Below, piece after piece: positions 25,300-38,054 of a stretch of DNA of 64,000 nucleotides; positions within the stretch are counted from its first letter, which is position 1, and each line of letters begins with the position of its first letter. The DNA is from Mobula birostris (lineage: Eukaryota). The notes below the pieces were generated by a model. It was not told the origin of the DNA and made no database searches. It was given only the letters and a program-made list of their open reading frames with translations. The stretch covers positions 63,508,851-63,572,850 of the forward strand of contig NC_092389.1 in assembly GCF_030028105.1 (NCBI RefSeq). Direction: 5' to 3'. Both the position numbers and the translations under genes were made by a program.

Positions 25300-26245
25300 A
25301 TCACATGTAGCAAACATTCCAGCGGGGGCACAGACAGGAGTATGTGTGCAAATGAGTGAGATTGCAGGATGGTGTGTTACCCTAATCACTCCAGGGCCAA
25401 AGATGTCTCTGAGAATGTACAGGCCATTCTGAAAAGGCCTGGTGAGCAGCCAGAGGTTGTGCTCCTTATTAGAACTAACAACAGAGAGACAAGTTTTTGC
25501 AAAGAGAATGTAAGGAGTTGGGCAGAAAGTTAGGAAAATATGAACTCTCGGGTGGTGATTGCAGGATTCTTTCAGGTGTCACATGCTTGCGAGGTAAGAT
25601 ATGGTAAGTTGGTACACTTAAATGTGTGGTTAACAATCTGGTTCAGGAGACAGGGCATCAGGAACACAGATCATTGGTCCCTCTTCCAGGATAGGTGGGA
25701 CTGGTGTCAGGAGGATGGGTTACAGTGAAGGGAACGTAATATTCTCACAGGGAAGCTTTCTGGAGACACCCTGATGATTTTTATCCTGTGGCATGTGGAG
25801 GGGGTATTGGGATCCAGAGCGACAGCTCAGTAAGTAACATTGAGCGGAAAGTACAGGTGAAGTCGAGGAACCCTAAAGGGAAGTCAAGATGGGCACGTTA
25901 ATGAGCACGGTGGCACCGGAGGGCAGAAGTGAGTTTATTTCAGAGCAGGATGTAGAACAGTGAAATCAGATGTACGTAGCGCCTGGATTAGTACATGGCA
26001 CCGTGCTTCATCCGTTACACAGGTCTGGTTGGGAGAAAGGCAGGACTGGTATCGAAACACTCCAGGATTCATGTGATTCAGACAGTGCAGAGGGAGGTAA
26101 ATGAGGGTGGGGAGCTGCGTTGCTGATCAGGCACAACGTCACAAGATGGAGGTCATCCCGGAGACTCACCCAGTAAATCAATGTGTGTAGAACTCAGGAA
26201 TAAGAAAGGTGCGATCACTGTGACGGGATTATACAGCATGCCTAC
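25300..26245 (+). mobile_element. Old CR1 (ORF1 esterase and start of the endonuclease)
   Basis: SRVVIAG...LNVWL..W.RRQG...DHWSLF; paralogous to about 32830-33770. Confidence 0.7.
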
Positions 26246-26249
26246 CGCA

Positions 26250-27632
26250 TGAACACTGCACTCTCACACTGTAGAGGTACAGAATCAAAGCCACACTCGC
26301 ACACTGTATCGGAGACTGATAGGTACAGAATGAACTCTACACTCTCACACTGTATCCAAGACTGACAAGTACACAATTTTCACCACACTCTCATACTGTA
26401 GCATAGACTGACGGGTACATAATGTACTCCACAGTCTCGCAGTGTATCGGAGACTGACAGGTACAGAATGAACTCTGCACTCTCACACTGCAGCATAGAC
26501 TGACAGGTACAAAATGAACTCCGCACTCTCACACTGTAGCACAGACTGACAGGTACAGAATGAAATCGGCGCTCTCACACTGTATCGGAGACCGACAGGT
26601 ATGGAATGAACTCCACACTCTCACACTGCAGCAAAGACTGGCAGGTAGAGACTGAACTCTGCACTTTCACATTGTAGATTAGACTGATAGGTACAGAATG
26701 ACTCCCACACACTCACACTGTATCGGAGACTGATAGGTACAGAACGAACTCTGCACTCTCCCGCTGTAGCATAGAATAACTGGTACACAATGTACTCCAC
26801 CGTCTCGCACTGTATCGGAGACTGACAGGTACAGAATGAACAGTGCACTCTCACACTGTAGCACAGACTGACAAAGACACAATGAACTCCACACTCTCAC
26901 ATTGTAGCACAGACTGACAGGTACAGAATGAACTTCACACACTCACACTGTATCGGAGACTACAGGTACCTAATGAGCTCCACACCCTCACACTCTAGCA
27001 TAGACTGACAGGTACAGATTTATATCGACACTTTCACTCTGCATCGGAGACGAGCAAGTACAGAGTGAACTCCACACTCTCACAATGTATCCGAGACTGA
27101 CAGGTACGGAATGACCTCCACACGCTCACAATGTAGCTTAGACTGCCAGGTACAGAATGAACCCCACACTCACACACTTTATCGGAGACTGGCAGGTACT
27201 GCACGAACTCTACACTCTCACACTGTAGCATCGACTGACAGGTACACGATGAACTCCACAGTTTCGCACTGTATCGCAGACTGACAGGTACAGAATGAAT
27301 ACTGTACTCTCACACTGCAGCACAGACTGACAAGTACAGAATGAGCCCCACACTCTCATAATGCAGCACAGACTGACAGGTACAGAATGAACCCCACACT
27401 CTCACACTGTAGCATTTACTAACAGGTACAGAATGAATCCCACGCTCTCACACTGTAGCATTTGCTGGCAGGTACAGAATGAACCCCACACTCTCACACT
27501 GTAGCATTTACTAACGGTACAGAATGAACCCCACACTCTCACACTGTAGCATTTACTAACAGGTACAGAATGAATCCCACGCTCTCACACTGTAGCATTT
27601 ACTAACAGGTACAGAATGAACCCCACATTCGC
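26250..27632. repeat. Minisatellite, about 46-47-bp unit, roughly 30 copies
   Basis: Unit approximately actgacaggtacagaatgaactccacactctcacactgtagcatag. Confidence 0.95.
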
Positions 27633-27634
27633 AG

Positions 27635-28140
27635 AATCAGGATCGGAATCAGGGTATTTATCACTGGCGTGTGACGTGCGGTTTGTTCAATTAGTAACAA
27701 CAATTGAATGTAATGCATAATAAAGAAAAAATAGTAATAATAAGGAATATGAGAATAATTATAGTAAATAAAAAAAAGAAAATCAATTACAGTATACGCA
27801 TATTCAATAGATTTAAAAACATGCTAACTTAGAGATACTGTGTATTAAAAGAACTTGAAGTATTGTGCAAAGATTCATTGTCCGTTGAGGAATCGAATGG
27901 TAGAGGGGAAGAATCTGTTCCTTAATCGTTGACTGTGTGTCGTCAGGCTTCTGTACCTCTTACCTGATGGTAGCAGTGGGAAAGGGACATGCCCTGGGTG
28001 TTGGAGGTCCTTAATGAAGGACGCTGCCTTTCTGAGATACTCTTCCTAAAAATGTACTGGCTGCTTTGTGGGCTAGTACCCGAGATGGCGCTGACTAGAT
28101 TTGCAACGTTCTTCAGCTTTTTTCGGTCCTGTGCACAATG
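27635..28140 (-). mobile_element. Rex1-type LINE 3' fragment
   Basis: CAQDRKKLKNVANL..I.G remnant and a short-repeat tail. Confidence 0.65.
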
Positions 28141-28803
28141 TAGCACAGGCCAGGAGATACAGGAGGAACACCACAATCCTGCAATCTATGCATCTGTTTC
28201 TGGCTGTCTTTCTGCCTGCTTAACCTATCTATTTGTCACTTTGCCTAGCGGTTTCTCTCTCCCTCGCTATCTTACTTCTTACATTTTATTTCATGGTTGT
28301 CTTTATCTCGTTCATTTCCAGCCACGCTTCACCTATTCATCCTCAATTTCCAGTTTTTTTCTGTATTATTTAACCGTCTGCCCATTCCTTTGCATAGTAA
28401 ATATTTCTTCTCAATTTCTTTTGAACTTTGACAGATTCATGATGCTCATACATCGGCAAACATCAGACTGTTACATCAGCAACATGACACACAAAATGCT
28501 GGAGGAACTCAGCAGAGTTCCTTGTGTTGACCCGGATTTCCAACATCTTCAGATTATCTTGTGTTTGAGCATTAGCAACGTGTTCATTTTACCGTTTCCA
28601 TCCTGATCTCGGTCTCTCTATTATATCTTTTTTCGATTCTCTGTTTGTGTATTTCAAATTGTATTGACTTCATTACGTACAGGCTTTATACACATGAGAA
28701 GTACAAATCTTTGTTTTTTTCTCTGTCTAAATTTGCAATGTGCAATTTATAGTGACTTACAATAAACACTATGTACAATAGGACAGTCACTATAACATAG
28801 AAA

Positions 28804-29135
28804 NNNNNNNNNNNNNNNNNNNNNNNNNNNNNNNNNNNNNNNNNNNNNNNNNNNNNNNNNNNNNNNNNNNNNNNNNNNNNNNNNNNNNNNNNNNNNNNNN
28901 NNNNNNNNNNNNNNNNNNNNNNNNNNNNNNNNNNNNNNNNNNNNNNNNNNNNNNNNNNNNNNNNNNNNNNNNNNNNNNNNNNNNNNNNNNNNNNNNNNNN
29001 NNNNNNNNNNNNNNNNNNNNNNNNNNNNNNNNNNNNNNNNNNNNNNNNNNNNNNNNNNNNNNNNNNNNNNNNNNNNNNNNNNNNNNNNNNNNNNNNNNNN
29101 NNNNNNNNNNNNNNNNNNNNNNNNNNNNNNNNNNN
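28804..29135. other. Assembly gap
   Basis: Run of N. Confidence 1.
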
Positions 29136-29560
29136 GACTGAAGGACGGTTCAAAATGGGAAACTGCAGAGACAGAGGTAGGGATCGGTCAGTGTCGCTGG
29201 TTTCCGTTCAGAGATGAATAATTAGCCAACAAAAAGATGAAATCTGTAAGTGTAGCTGCTTCGTGACAAAGCTCAGTCTTTGAAAGTAAATCTACCGGCC
29301 CATTTCCACCAGAGACAATGCTGAGGAAATGACAAAGAATTTTGATGCATTTGTCTCCAATCGCCGCAATATTTACAATAGAGACAATGGTATTGAATTA
29401 AAGTGTTTGTTCAAAGGTCTGTAACTGAGAAAGTTGGTGAGGTGTATACCCACGTCTCCGGAGACAGATCCTCTGTATAAATCAGGGCCGCGTGGAATGC
29501 ATCAGCTGTCTGCCGGATCTGGGAGTACAGGAGCAACACAGATCACAGCTGCTCACTGGA

Positions 29561-29630
29561 ATGGTGTATCCAGTCATCTGGCGAATACAAGGCGTTTACT
29601 ATCCATTTATTTCTGCCTTTGGAATTGCCG
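29561..29630 (+). CDS. GPR139-like GPCR paralog B, exon 1
   Basis: MVYPVIWRIQGVYYPFISAFGIA, then a phase-1 donor G|GTAAGC; TATAAA at 29476. Confidence 0.88.
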
Positions 29631-30926
29631 GTAAGCCGCAGTGTCAGCTGCCGTGGGTGGATGTTGAAGTTTAATCCCAATGACGCGATTGATTCTGTCG
29701 CTGGTTTAAACTCTCACATTCCTGTCCAGGTATTCCGCATTTCAGGAATGGAGTGGAAACACCGGGACTACAGATGCTGGGATTTCTATCTAAAAGCAAA
29801 CCGCTGCAGGAAATCAGCCAATCAGCCACTTTCTGTGAGACTGAGCGGGTCAGGCAGCGTTCTTCCAGCGGTTTGTCTTTCATAATGAGATGCATTTGCA
29901 AATATTGTGTTTATACAGCCGGCCAAGCTTATGCCAATTAATCGTCTGCATTTGAATGTGAGTGATTGTCCACTTCGGAGCATCAATCAATCCAATGGAT
30001 TTTTAGTAAATGTCTGCGATATGACTGAAGAGAAAGCAGATGATGGACAACACAGTGAAGTCGATGCTGTCAATTAACACAACCGACGCTTGCTTCATAG
30101 TTATCAATACTGTGAAATGTATTCTATTATATCTACACCTGACACCGTTACAGACATCTGACTCCGGCACCGAGTTCGCTGCTGGACGTTGAATTCCTCT
30201 CTCTTGCTTCCCTGTGATGGGTTCAGTGGGAGGCGTCATGTCTGTCTGTGAGGTTGTGTCAGTCTGCGCAGTATCTGTTCGAATCAGTCAGTGTTCTGTT
30301 GTAAAGTCAGTGAGGTGGTAAATGCTGGAACAGGAAACAAACTCTGGGAGTGCTGGAAACACTGAGCCCCAAGCAGCTTTTATGGGAAGAGAAACCAGTT
30401 AACACTCGTGTCCGGGGTCTCTCTCAGAACAATCCTGCGGAGAGATACTTTAACTGTTTCCCACATATTCTGTTTCGCCTGGGTGAGTGTTTCCAGCATT
30501 TCCTGTTTTCGTTCCGTCCTTCGGCTGTTCTGTCGCTGACCAGGATCGCCATGGAAGTTGCTAATGGACGAACGGAAGAATCCCGCCATCAGCGTCCGGG
30601 TTTATTCATTTCATCAGGATTAGACGCGGAAAGGGCCGGCAGAAAATGTTCCATCCAGTATTGACCCTGAGGAGGTAGTTACCCTGTTTTATCTTTCCGC
30701 TGTCTCTTCACATTTCGCTCATCAGTAAGGAATCTGTATTCAGACCATATTGACATTATTTTACAGTATGAACTCCTTCTCTCTCTCCGCCAGCTCTATG
30801 CTCTCTCTCAATCTTCCCACCGTTAAATACAACAATAAAGTGGAAATATTACAGGATCCCCTCAGACTGCCGCATTGGCTTCTGCTCAGTATTTTCTCAA
30901 CTTGCTGTTCCCTGTCTCTCTTCCAG

Positions 30927-31828
30927 CGAACGTGGTGGCGATTGTGATCCTGTCCCGGGGAAAGTGCGGTCTCTCCAAATGTGTCACTCGCTACCTGGTG
31001 GGAATGGCAGCGGCCGATCTCCTGGTCGTTATCTCCCATCCGCTGCTGAGCTGGACTGCTCCGATTTATTTTCCCCGATCGATCCTGTTCATCACTCCTG
31101 TGTGCAGAGTCATTCTATGGTCGATGAATGCGAGCACTGCGACCTCAGTCTGGCTGACTGTCGCTTTCACCGTCGATCGATTTGTGGCTATTTGCTGTGA
31201 GAAACTGAAAACAAAATATTGCACCGAGAGAACGGCGGCTGTGGTTATCGGGACAGTGAGTGTGCTGGCCTGTTTGGAGACTGTCCCCTGGGGCTTTGTA
31301 TACGGACCTGGACAAATAATTGATGGTGTTCCCAGGGGTTGTGTTCCTACACCGAGCTTCACAAACTCTGCCTCATGGGCGGCATTTGAAATGGTTCACC
31401 TAATTTTAACCCCTTGTGTCCCATTCTTTCTGATGTTGCTGTTCAATATCCTGACGGTCAGGCGGATTCTAGCGGTCAGTCGAGCCCGCAGGGGGCTCCG
31501 GGGACAAAAGAGTGGAGAGAATGACAAGGACCGGGAGATGGAGAATCGACGCAAATCCATTGTTTTGCTCTTCAGCATAACCGGTAGTTTCATACTGTTG
31601 TGGGGAACACGGGTGATATTTTCCATCTATCAACGGATTTCAATGTCTTTTTTCGGTTCTGTCACGGATCCCCGTTACATCACGGGACAGACAGCGGAAA
31701 TGCTGCAGGTTCTCAGTTCCTGCACCAACACGTGTATTTACGCCCTGACTCAGAGCAAATTCCGAGAGGAAATGAAGAATGCGGTGAAATACCCATTGAA
31801 TTGGATTTTGAAACTCATTAAACATTAG
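30927..31828 (+). CDS. GPR139-like GPCR paralog B, exon 2 (intact 7TM, about 323 aa spliced)
   Basis: Acceptor ctctcttcCAG|CG. Motifs MAAADLL, SVWLTVAFTVDRFVAIC, SFILLW and SCTNTCIY..TQSKFR. Confidence 0.93.
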
Positions 31829-31987
31829 AAATAAATGTTGTAAAATATGACAAGTCAGCTGCCTTCATGCTCCCTATTCTATCCCCCGACTTGTGGGTAA
31901 ATGGAAACAATGTGATGAGCAGAGTAACAAAACAAACACGAGAGAATCTGCATTCGCTCGAAATACAAAACAACACACACAAAATCA

Positions 31988-32024
31988 GATCCTGATGAAG
32001 GGTCTCGCCACGAAACGTCGACTG
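31988..32024 (+). ncRNA. Minimal hammerhead motif with an intact core but weakened stems, inside a Penelope-like cluster (about 31930-32165)
   Basis: CTGATGA at 31992-31998; GAAAC-GTC at 32012-32019. Confidence 0.45.
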
Positions 32025-32202
32025 TTTACTCTTTTCCTCACACAGAAAGTTGGAGGAAATCAGCAGGCCAGGCAGCATTTATGGAAAAGAATAAACTGTC
32101 AGCGTTTCGCGTCAAGATCCTTCACCAGAGTCTTGTCAACTGTTTACTCTTTCCCTGTTTTGTGCGAATGAGCATCACGAGGAAAGGGCGCGCACGACAG
32201 CA

Positions 32203-32340
32203 CGTGAGGGAGAGGGCGCCACGGAGACGACGCTAGAGTGACCGTGAGGGAGAGGGCGCCACGGAGACGACGCTAGAGTGACCGTGAGGGAGAGGGCGCC
32301 ACGGAGACGACGCTAGAGTGACCGTGAGGGAGAGGGCGCG
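32203..32340. repeat. 40-bp minisatellite, three perfect copies plus a partial
   Basis: cgtgagggagagggcgccacggagacgacgctagagtgac. Confidence 0.95.
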
Positions 32341-32385
32341 AGGGAGATGTCGTGACAGTGAGCGCAAGGGAATGGGCGTTTGGTA

Positions 32386-32522
32386 NNNNNNNNNNNNNNN
32401 NNNNNNNNNNNNNNNNNNNNNNNNNNNNNNNNNNNNNNNNNNNNNNNNNNNNNNNNNNNNNNNNNNNNNNNNNNNNNNNNNNNNNNNNNNNNNNNNNNNN
32501 NNNNNNNNNNNNNNNNNNNNNN
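32386..32522. other. Assembly gap
   Basis: Run of N. Confidence 1.
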
Positions 32523-32829
32523 ACATTGCGGGATCTGTGGTTCCACTCTATCACTGAGATCGGCTGGTTTAGTGGATGATAAGTATTATTTTGAATTATG
32601 TACAGCTACTACTGTAGACATTAGTTTTTTTTTGTTCTGTATTAAAATACTATGAGTTCTAATAAATTGCCTGGTTTAAACACGTGTGCAGTCTCCTTTG
32701 TTTGCGAATGCATCAGTAAATTGCCTGAGCTGAATCAAAGAAGAATACAATAAATGATTTTTAAAATAATGTTCATTACAAACAGGCGATGGGAAAGCAC
32801 CTAAATACATGGGATGGAAAGGTATGAAT

Positions 32830-34750
32830 CAGATGTAGCAAACATTTTAGCGGGGGACACAGACAGGAGCATCTGTGGAAATGAGTGAGACTGCAGGGTG
32901 GTGCGTTACCCTCATCAGACCATGACCAAGGATGTCTCTGAGACAGTTCGGGCCATTCTGAAAGGGCAGGGTGAGCAGTCGGAGGTTGTGATTCTTATTA
33001 GAACTAATAACAGAGAGACAATGTTTTGCAAAGAGAATTAAGGGAGTTGGGCAGAAAGTTAGGAAATAGGAACTCTTGCGTGGTGATTACAGGGTTCCTT
33101 CAGATGCCACATGCTTGCGATATAAGATATACTAAGTTGGTACACTTAAATATGTGGCTAATTATCTGGTGCAGGAGGGAGAGCATCAGGAAATAAGATC
33201 ACTGGTCCCTCTTCCAGGATAAGCGGGACTGGTGTCAGGAGGATGGGTTACAGTGAAGGGGATGTAATATTCTCACAGGGAGGCTTGCAGGAGACACGAT
33301 GATGATTTTTATCATGTGGCATATGGAGAGGGTGTTGGGATCCAGAGCTACAGGTCAGTAAGTTGCAATGAGCGGAAGGTAGAGATGAGGTCGAGAAACC
33401 CTAACAGGAAGTCAAGATACGGCCAGGCTGATGAGCACAGTGGTACTGGAGGGCAGGAGTGCGTTTATTTCAGAGCAGGGTGTACAACAGTGAAAGCGGA
33501 TGTCCTGAGAGCCTGGATTAGTACATGTCACCGTGATTCATCCATTACAGAGATCTGGTCGAGAGAAGAGCAGGACTGGTATCGAAACATTCCAGGATTC
33601 ATGTGATTCAGACAGTGCAGAGGGAGGTAAATGAGGGTGGGGAGCTATGTTGCTGATCAGGCACAATGTCACAAGGTTGAGGTTATCCCGGAGGCTCATC
33701 CAGTCAGACAATGCAGGTAGAACTGAGGAATAAGAAAGATGCAATCACTGTGATGGGATTATAGTGCGGGCCTCCCGATAGACAGTAAGAGAGAGGGACA
33801 GATATGTCAGCAGGTTATGGGCTGATGTGAAAACAACAGAGTAGCTGTGGTTGGTAAATAGTCTCCCCAGAATGACTGAGACTTCCTCATTGCCTGATAC
33901 TTAGATGAGCATTATTTGTTCGTTGTGCTCAGGAACGTTTCCGGAGAGAGTATGTAGATGATCCACCAGGGAGGGGACATACTTGACATAGTATTGGTCA
34001 ACGAGCCTAGCGAGATGTCTGGAACTCCACTGGGAAAGATCTAAGGATTATAATTCCGAAGGGTTTCAGCCAGTTATTGATTAAGGATGAGACTGGACCT
34101 GAAGGTGGATGAATGTAAGTTTGTGGAAGAATTGGGCAGGTGTCATAGAGAGTAGTCTGGGAGCTGATGTTACTGGTTGTTACTGCATGGAGCTGATGTT
34201 AGCTGTTGTCTGACATGTGAGAGTCACGTACAGCCCAGCCGGTCAGAATTTATTAGTTCCCTGTCCCTGTGAGGAGGGTAGAGAGGGACAGGGGTGGTCA
34301 GGAACTTAGGGTGATGAGGAATATTGTATTTGTTTAAAAATGTAAGAGGAGTCATGTGCAAGGACGAGGATGATGAAATTGGACAGGGTCTTGGAGGAAC
34401 ATACAGGGAGCAAGAAAGAAGTCACACAGTGAATCAGGAGAGTGAAGAGTGACCAGGAAATGTCCTCATTCAGGAGGATCAATGGAAATCCCAAGGCATC
34501 TTATGCATACACAGAAAGAACAGTGGAGTGGGTAGAGGGCAGGACCACTCAAGGACAAAGGTGGGAGTTTACACCCGGAGGCAGAGTTAGCATGTGAGGT
34601 AGTAAATGAATACTGGTGTTCACTCAGTGTACAAGGAGGAAAGCGTGATGAGAAAGGCGGTATGGTGATATTTTCCAGCATGTTCATACTAAAGAGGAGG
34701 TGCTGTTGGGTCTCTCAGACCATTTAGATGGGTAAGTCCTTTGGGGGATT
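32830..34750 (+). mobile_element. Old CR1 (ORF1 esterase, endonuclease, start of RT)
   Basis: KADVLRAWIST...ITEIW..NIPGF, and degenerate downstream ORF2 motifs. Confidence 0.7.
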
Positions 34751-35385
34751 TAGACCATTGGGGGGCACAGACCACATGAAGTTAAATGTGATGTTTAAAC
34801 TGCTGGCACCGTACTGTAAGAACAGAAATCTTAACAACATCTGACCCGTACTGTAAGGGAACGGAATGGTCTATCTCTGGTATAAGCATATCCTGTACAT
34901 GTGACTGCACAAGAATAATCAACGTTTGACTACAGGGACAGTGAACTTCACAATATCTAGAGCTTCACCACCAGGACACAGAACAATAAAACTCACAGCA
35001 CTGTGCAGTGAGCACACGGTCCTGTACACACCCAGCACTGTACTCCACCGTTAAACACTTCAAGGACAGGGAACTGTACAAACGTGATATTGTACTACAA
35101 TTCATGAACACTATCTATCCCCTCAGTCCCACTGGACATCTCTTAGGATGTAACAGAGAGTTGACAAAGGAGAACCTTGAATGATGTCTGCTTCAATTTG
35201 CAAAGGTTTTTGAAATGCTGCTGGCAGAAAGAGGAACAGAAACGTAGGCAGGTTCTGTAAAGTTGGAAAGACTAGTGTGTGGCTGTAATTTCCCCAACAT
35301 TTACTCAGATTTTCTTAGTGTAGAGGCTCCGAGGAGTGGAATTTGTTGGCATCCTGGAAATACTTACCAGCATTTACAGCCTATA

Positions 35386-36015
35386 CTATGTCAGTTTCAG
35401 CAGATTTAGCGTGTGATCTAAAACTTTGATAATGTTCTCTAGATATTTAAGGAGAATAGCCTGACTGGTCTGGTTTAGAAACACCAACGCCCTTGAATGC
35501 AATAACAATTGAAATGCTGTGGATGCAGCCAGTCCATCACAGGTAAAGCCCTCCTCACCACTGAACACATCTACAAGGAGCACTGTCACAGGAAAGCTGC
35601 ATCCACATTCAAGGACCCCACCATCCAGGCGATGCTCTCTTCTCCATGCTGCCATCAAGAAGGAGTTACAGGAACCTCAGGTCCCACAGCACCAGGTTCA
35701 GGAAAAGCTATTAAACCCCAACGATCAGGCTTTGGAAGCAGAGGGGATAATGTCACTCAGCACAACAATGAACTCGCTCTCAGGGAATCCACAGCTCATG
35801 TTCTTGATAGTTACAGCATATTTATCATCCGTTTTGCTTTGCTTTTCGTTTATTTACACAATTCCTTCTCTTTGTTGTCTTTTCTACATTGGTGGGTTGG
35901 TCAGTCTTTGATGTGTGCAGTTTTTCATTGATTCCTCTGTGTATCTTTGTACTTACTGTGCATGCCCGCATAAATTTGTACTTTGAGAATAAATTTACTT
36001 TCAACATTGAACTTC
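35386..36015 (+). mobile_element. Rex1-type LINE 3' end
   Basis: SQSITGKAL..EHIYKEHC.RKAAS..KDP; AATAAA and a tgaactt-type tail. Confidence 0.7.
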
Positions 36016-36446
36016 ACAGAAAGTATCTTGGGAGGATAGGTGGAGTAAGATAGGGCTTTTCTCTTTGGCAGGAAGCAGGATGAGGGGGAACTTGTTGGAG
36101 GTATACAAAATGACAGGAGGCATCAGGTAAGTGGACACCCAGAGAATGTTTCCCAAAGGGAAAGTCCCTAAAACAAGGAGGCCCAATTTTAAGGTGATTG
36201 GAGAAACATGTTGGGGGGGGGGCGGGGGGTTGAATGTCTGAGGATAACTTTTAAACACAGGAACTGTGTGGAGTTCACTGCTAGGGATGGTGGTAAAGAC
36301 AGATGCATTAGGGACACTGAACAGTCCTTGCACTGGGCATGACCCGTGTAATTGATGAGTTTCAGTGGGAGACCATTTTGATAACAGTCATCCTCAGAGA
36401 AGGGCACAATCTTGGAGGAATTTACTGAACTAAGGGCAGCTAATGA

Positions 36447-36606
36447 TCACCTCCCACCTTGTACGTCCTGCTCACCTTCCACCACCTTCTTATCCTGACC
36501 TCTCATTTCTTTTTCCCAGTCTCTGGAAAGGGGCTCTGCCCGAAATGTTGACAGTTTACTATTTTCCATAGATGCCGAGTTTTCCCAGTATTTTGTGCGT
36601 GTTGCA
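36447..36606 (+). mobile_element. Longer Penelope-like 3' fragment with a decayed hammerhead
   Basis: Pyrimidine-rich leader, then ...ggggctctgcccgaaatgttgac...gatgccgagttttcccag. Confidence 0.55.
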
Positions 36607-36936
36607 AGCTTATGAGAAGCATGGTAGGTAGGAGCTGGGGAGAGCAGAGACTGGGAGCGGCTGTAACTCACACCTGACCTGTGAGAGTTATTTAAAGCTG
36701 AGTGGTTCAAAATCCAAATGGTTTATATGAGGGGGAAAGATTAGAATCCAGATCTAAGAACATTGCATGATCAGGAATGTTGTAAATGCAGTCAAGAAGG
36801 AAAAGGAATGTTTAGAAAGTGGAAATTAGGCAATGCCCTTGATGGATGTGCAGCAATATGCAAATTAAAAGGATAATCTGCAGTGCTGAAAGATGGTAAG
36901 GGACAGGGACTGATTTTGCTAAATAAGCCTGGAGAG

Positions 36937-37937
36937 AGGGTGGCCATTTCTAAATTTCCAAAAAGGAGGACATTGCATATATGGTCATAGGTTACCTTAT
37001 TTACACAGTGCGTTTCAACTTTTTTTAAATAAAATTTAAACCGTATTGCAAAAACAACAAGTGCAAATGGATGATCACTTATTTTATTAAATAAAAAAAT
37101 CTAACATGATCCTTCTTTTGCCTATATAAATCCAGAAAAAACCTATCTGTTTCATCATTAATCAGTGATTTTCTGCCAGAGCCCTTTTTCCTATTCAATG
37201 ATTCATCATTCTGCATATGACATACAAGTATTCATACAGTATCAATAAAGAATTGAGAGAAATGAATCATCATTTTACTCCTGCTGAAGCAGATATGCTA
37301 ACCAAATTAACTTACTTCACAAACTAAAGGAAGTAGCCTACTTAGGCCTACCATGGACTGCCAGATACGGATGTCTATGTATATATATTTATTTCTGCCC
37401 TTTACTTGCCATTTCCAGGAGTTTTCTGTTGGCCAGGAGTTTTTTTTGTACATGGCTGGACACTCTTCTGAGAAGTTGTTACACATTTGGAGCTCTGCTT
37501 TGACTGAGTCCACTTGCAGAAGGTTTTTCTCGTTCCTCCAAGCTGAGGTCATCATTGAAGAAACCCGTTCTGAGTGAGCATTGCTGCATGGAATCGGGAG
37601 ATGTAAGCACTCGCCTTCTTCAGGTTTGTAAAAGAGACCTCGGATTTTCTGAACAGCTTGACGTGCCTTTCGGACGTGCTGACGTCACTCGTACTCTGCG
37701 CATGAGTAGTAGTGACAACGGAAACTCCACACAATAAAAATATATTAACGGGTGTTTTCTCTCTCACTTCCCACTGTTTCAAGTATATCTGAGGTAATTA
37801 TGGAAGTTTCTTTGTCAGACCCAAAAAAAAAAGGAGGACAAATTAACGTCCGGCTCGAGGTGGCGCAGGACGGAGGACAGAGTGTTCAAAAGCCGGAATG
37901 TCCGGCCTCCCTATCTGGAGGGAACATCTTGTCTATA
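36937..37937. mobile_element. Possible hAT-type DNA transposon remnant
   Basis: Left end agggtggcca, with aaaggaggaca subterminal repeats at both ends; the right TIR is degenerate. Contains TGACGTCA (37680-37687). Confidence 0.35.
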
Positions 37938-38054
37938 CATTAAAATCATAAGGGGCACTGTAGAGAAAGCAGGGAAGTAGCCAACTCAGTGGTGGAGGAG
38001 TGAAAGTATGCCTGGAGCCGGAATAAGTAACCAAATCACATTTCACATCAGTAT

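Noticed and set aside
26250-27632. CRISPR-like regular repeat array
   Set aside because: The units are contiguous with no unique spacers, there are no cas genes, and the context is vertebrate. It is a minisatellite; the same applies to 45412-46260 and 56588-57015.
37655-37730. CRE/NRF1-like motifs as a host-gene promoter
   Set aside because: They lie inside a probable DNA-transposon remnant with no adjacent exon.
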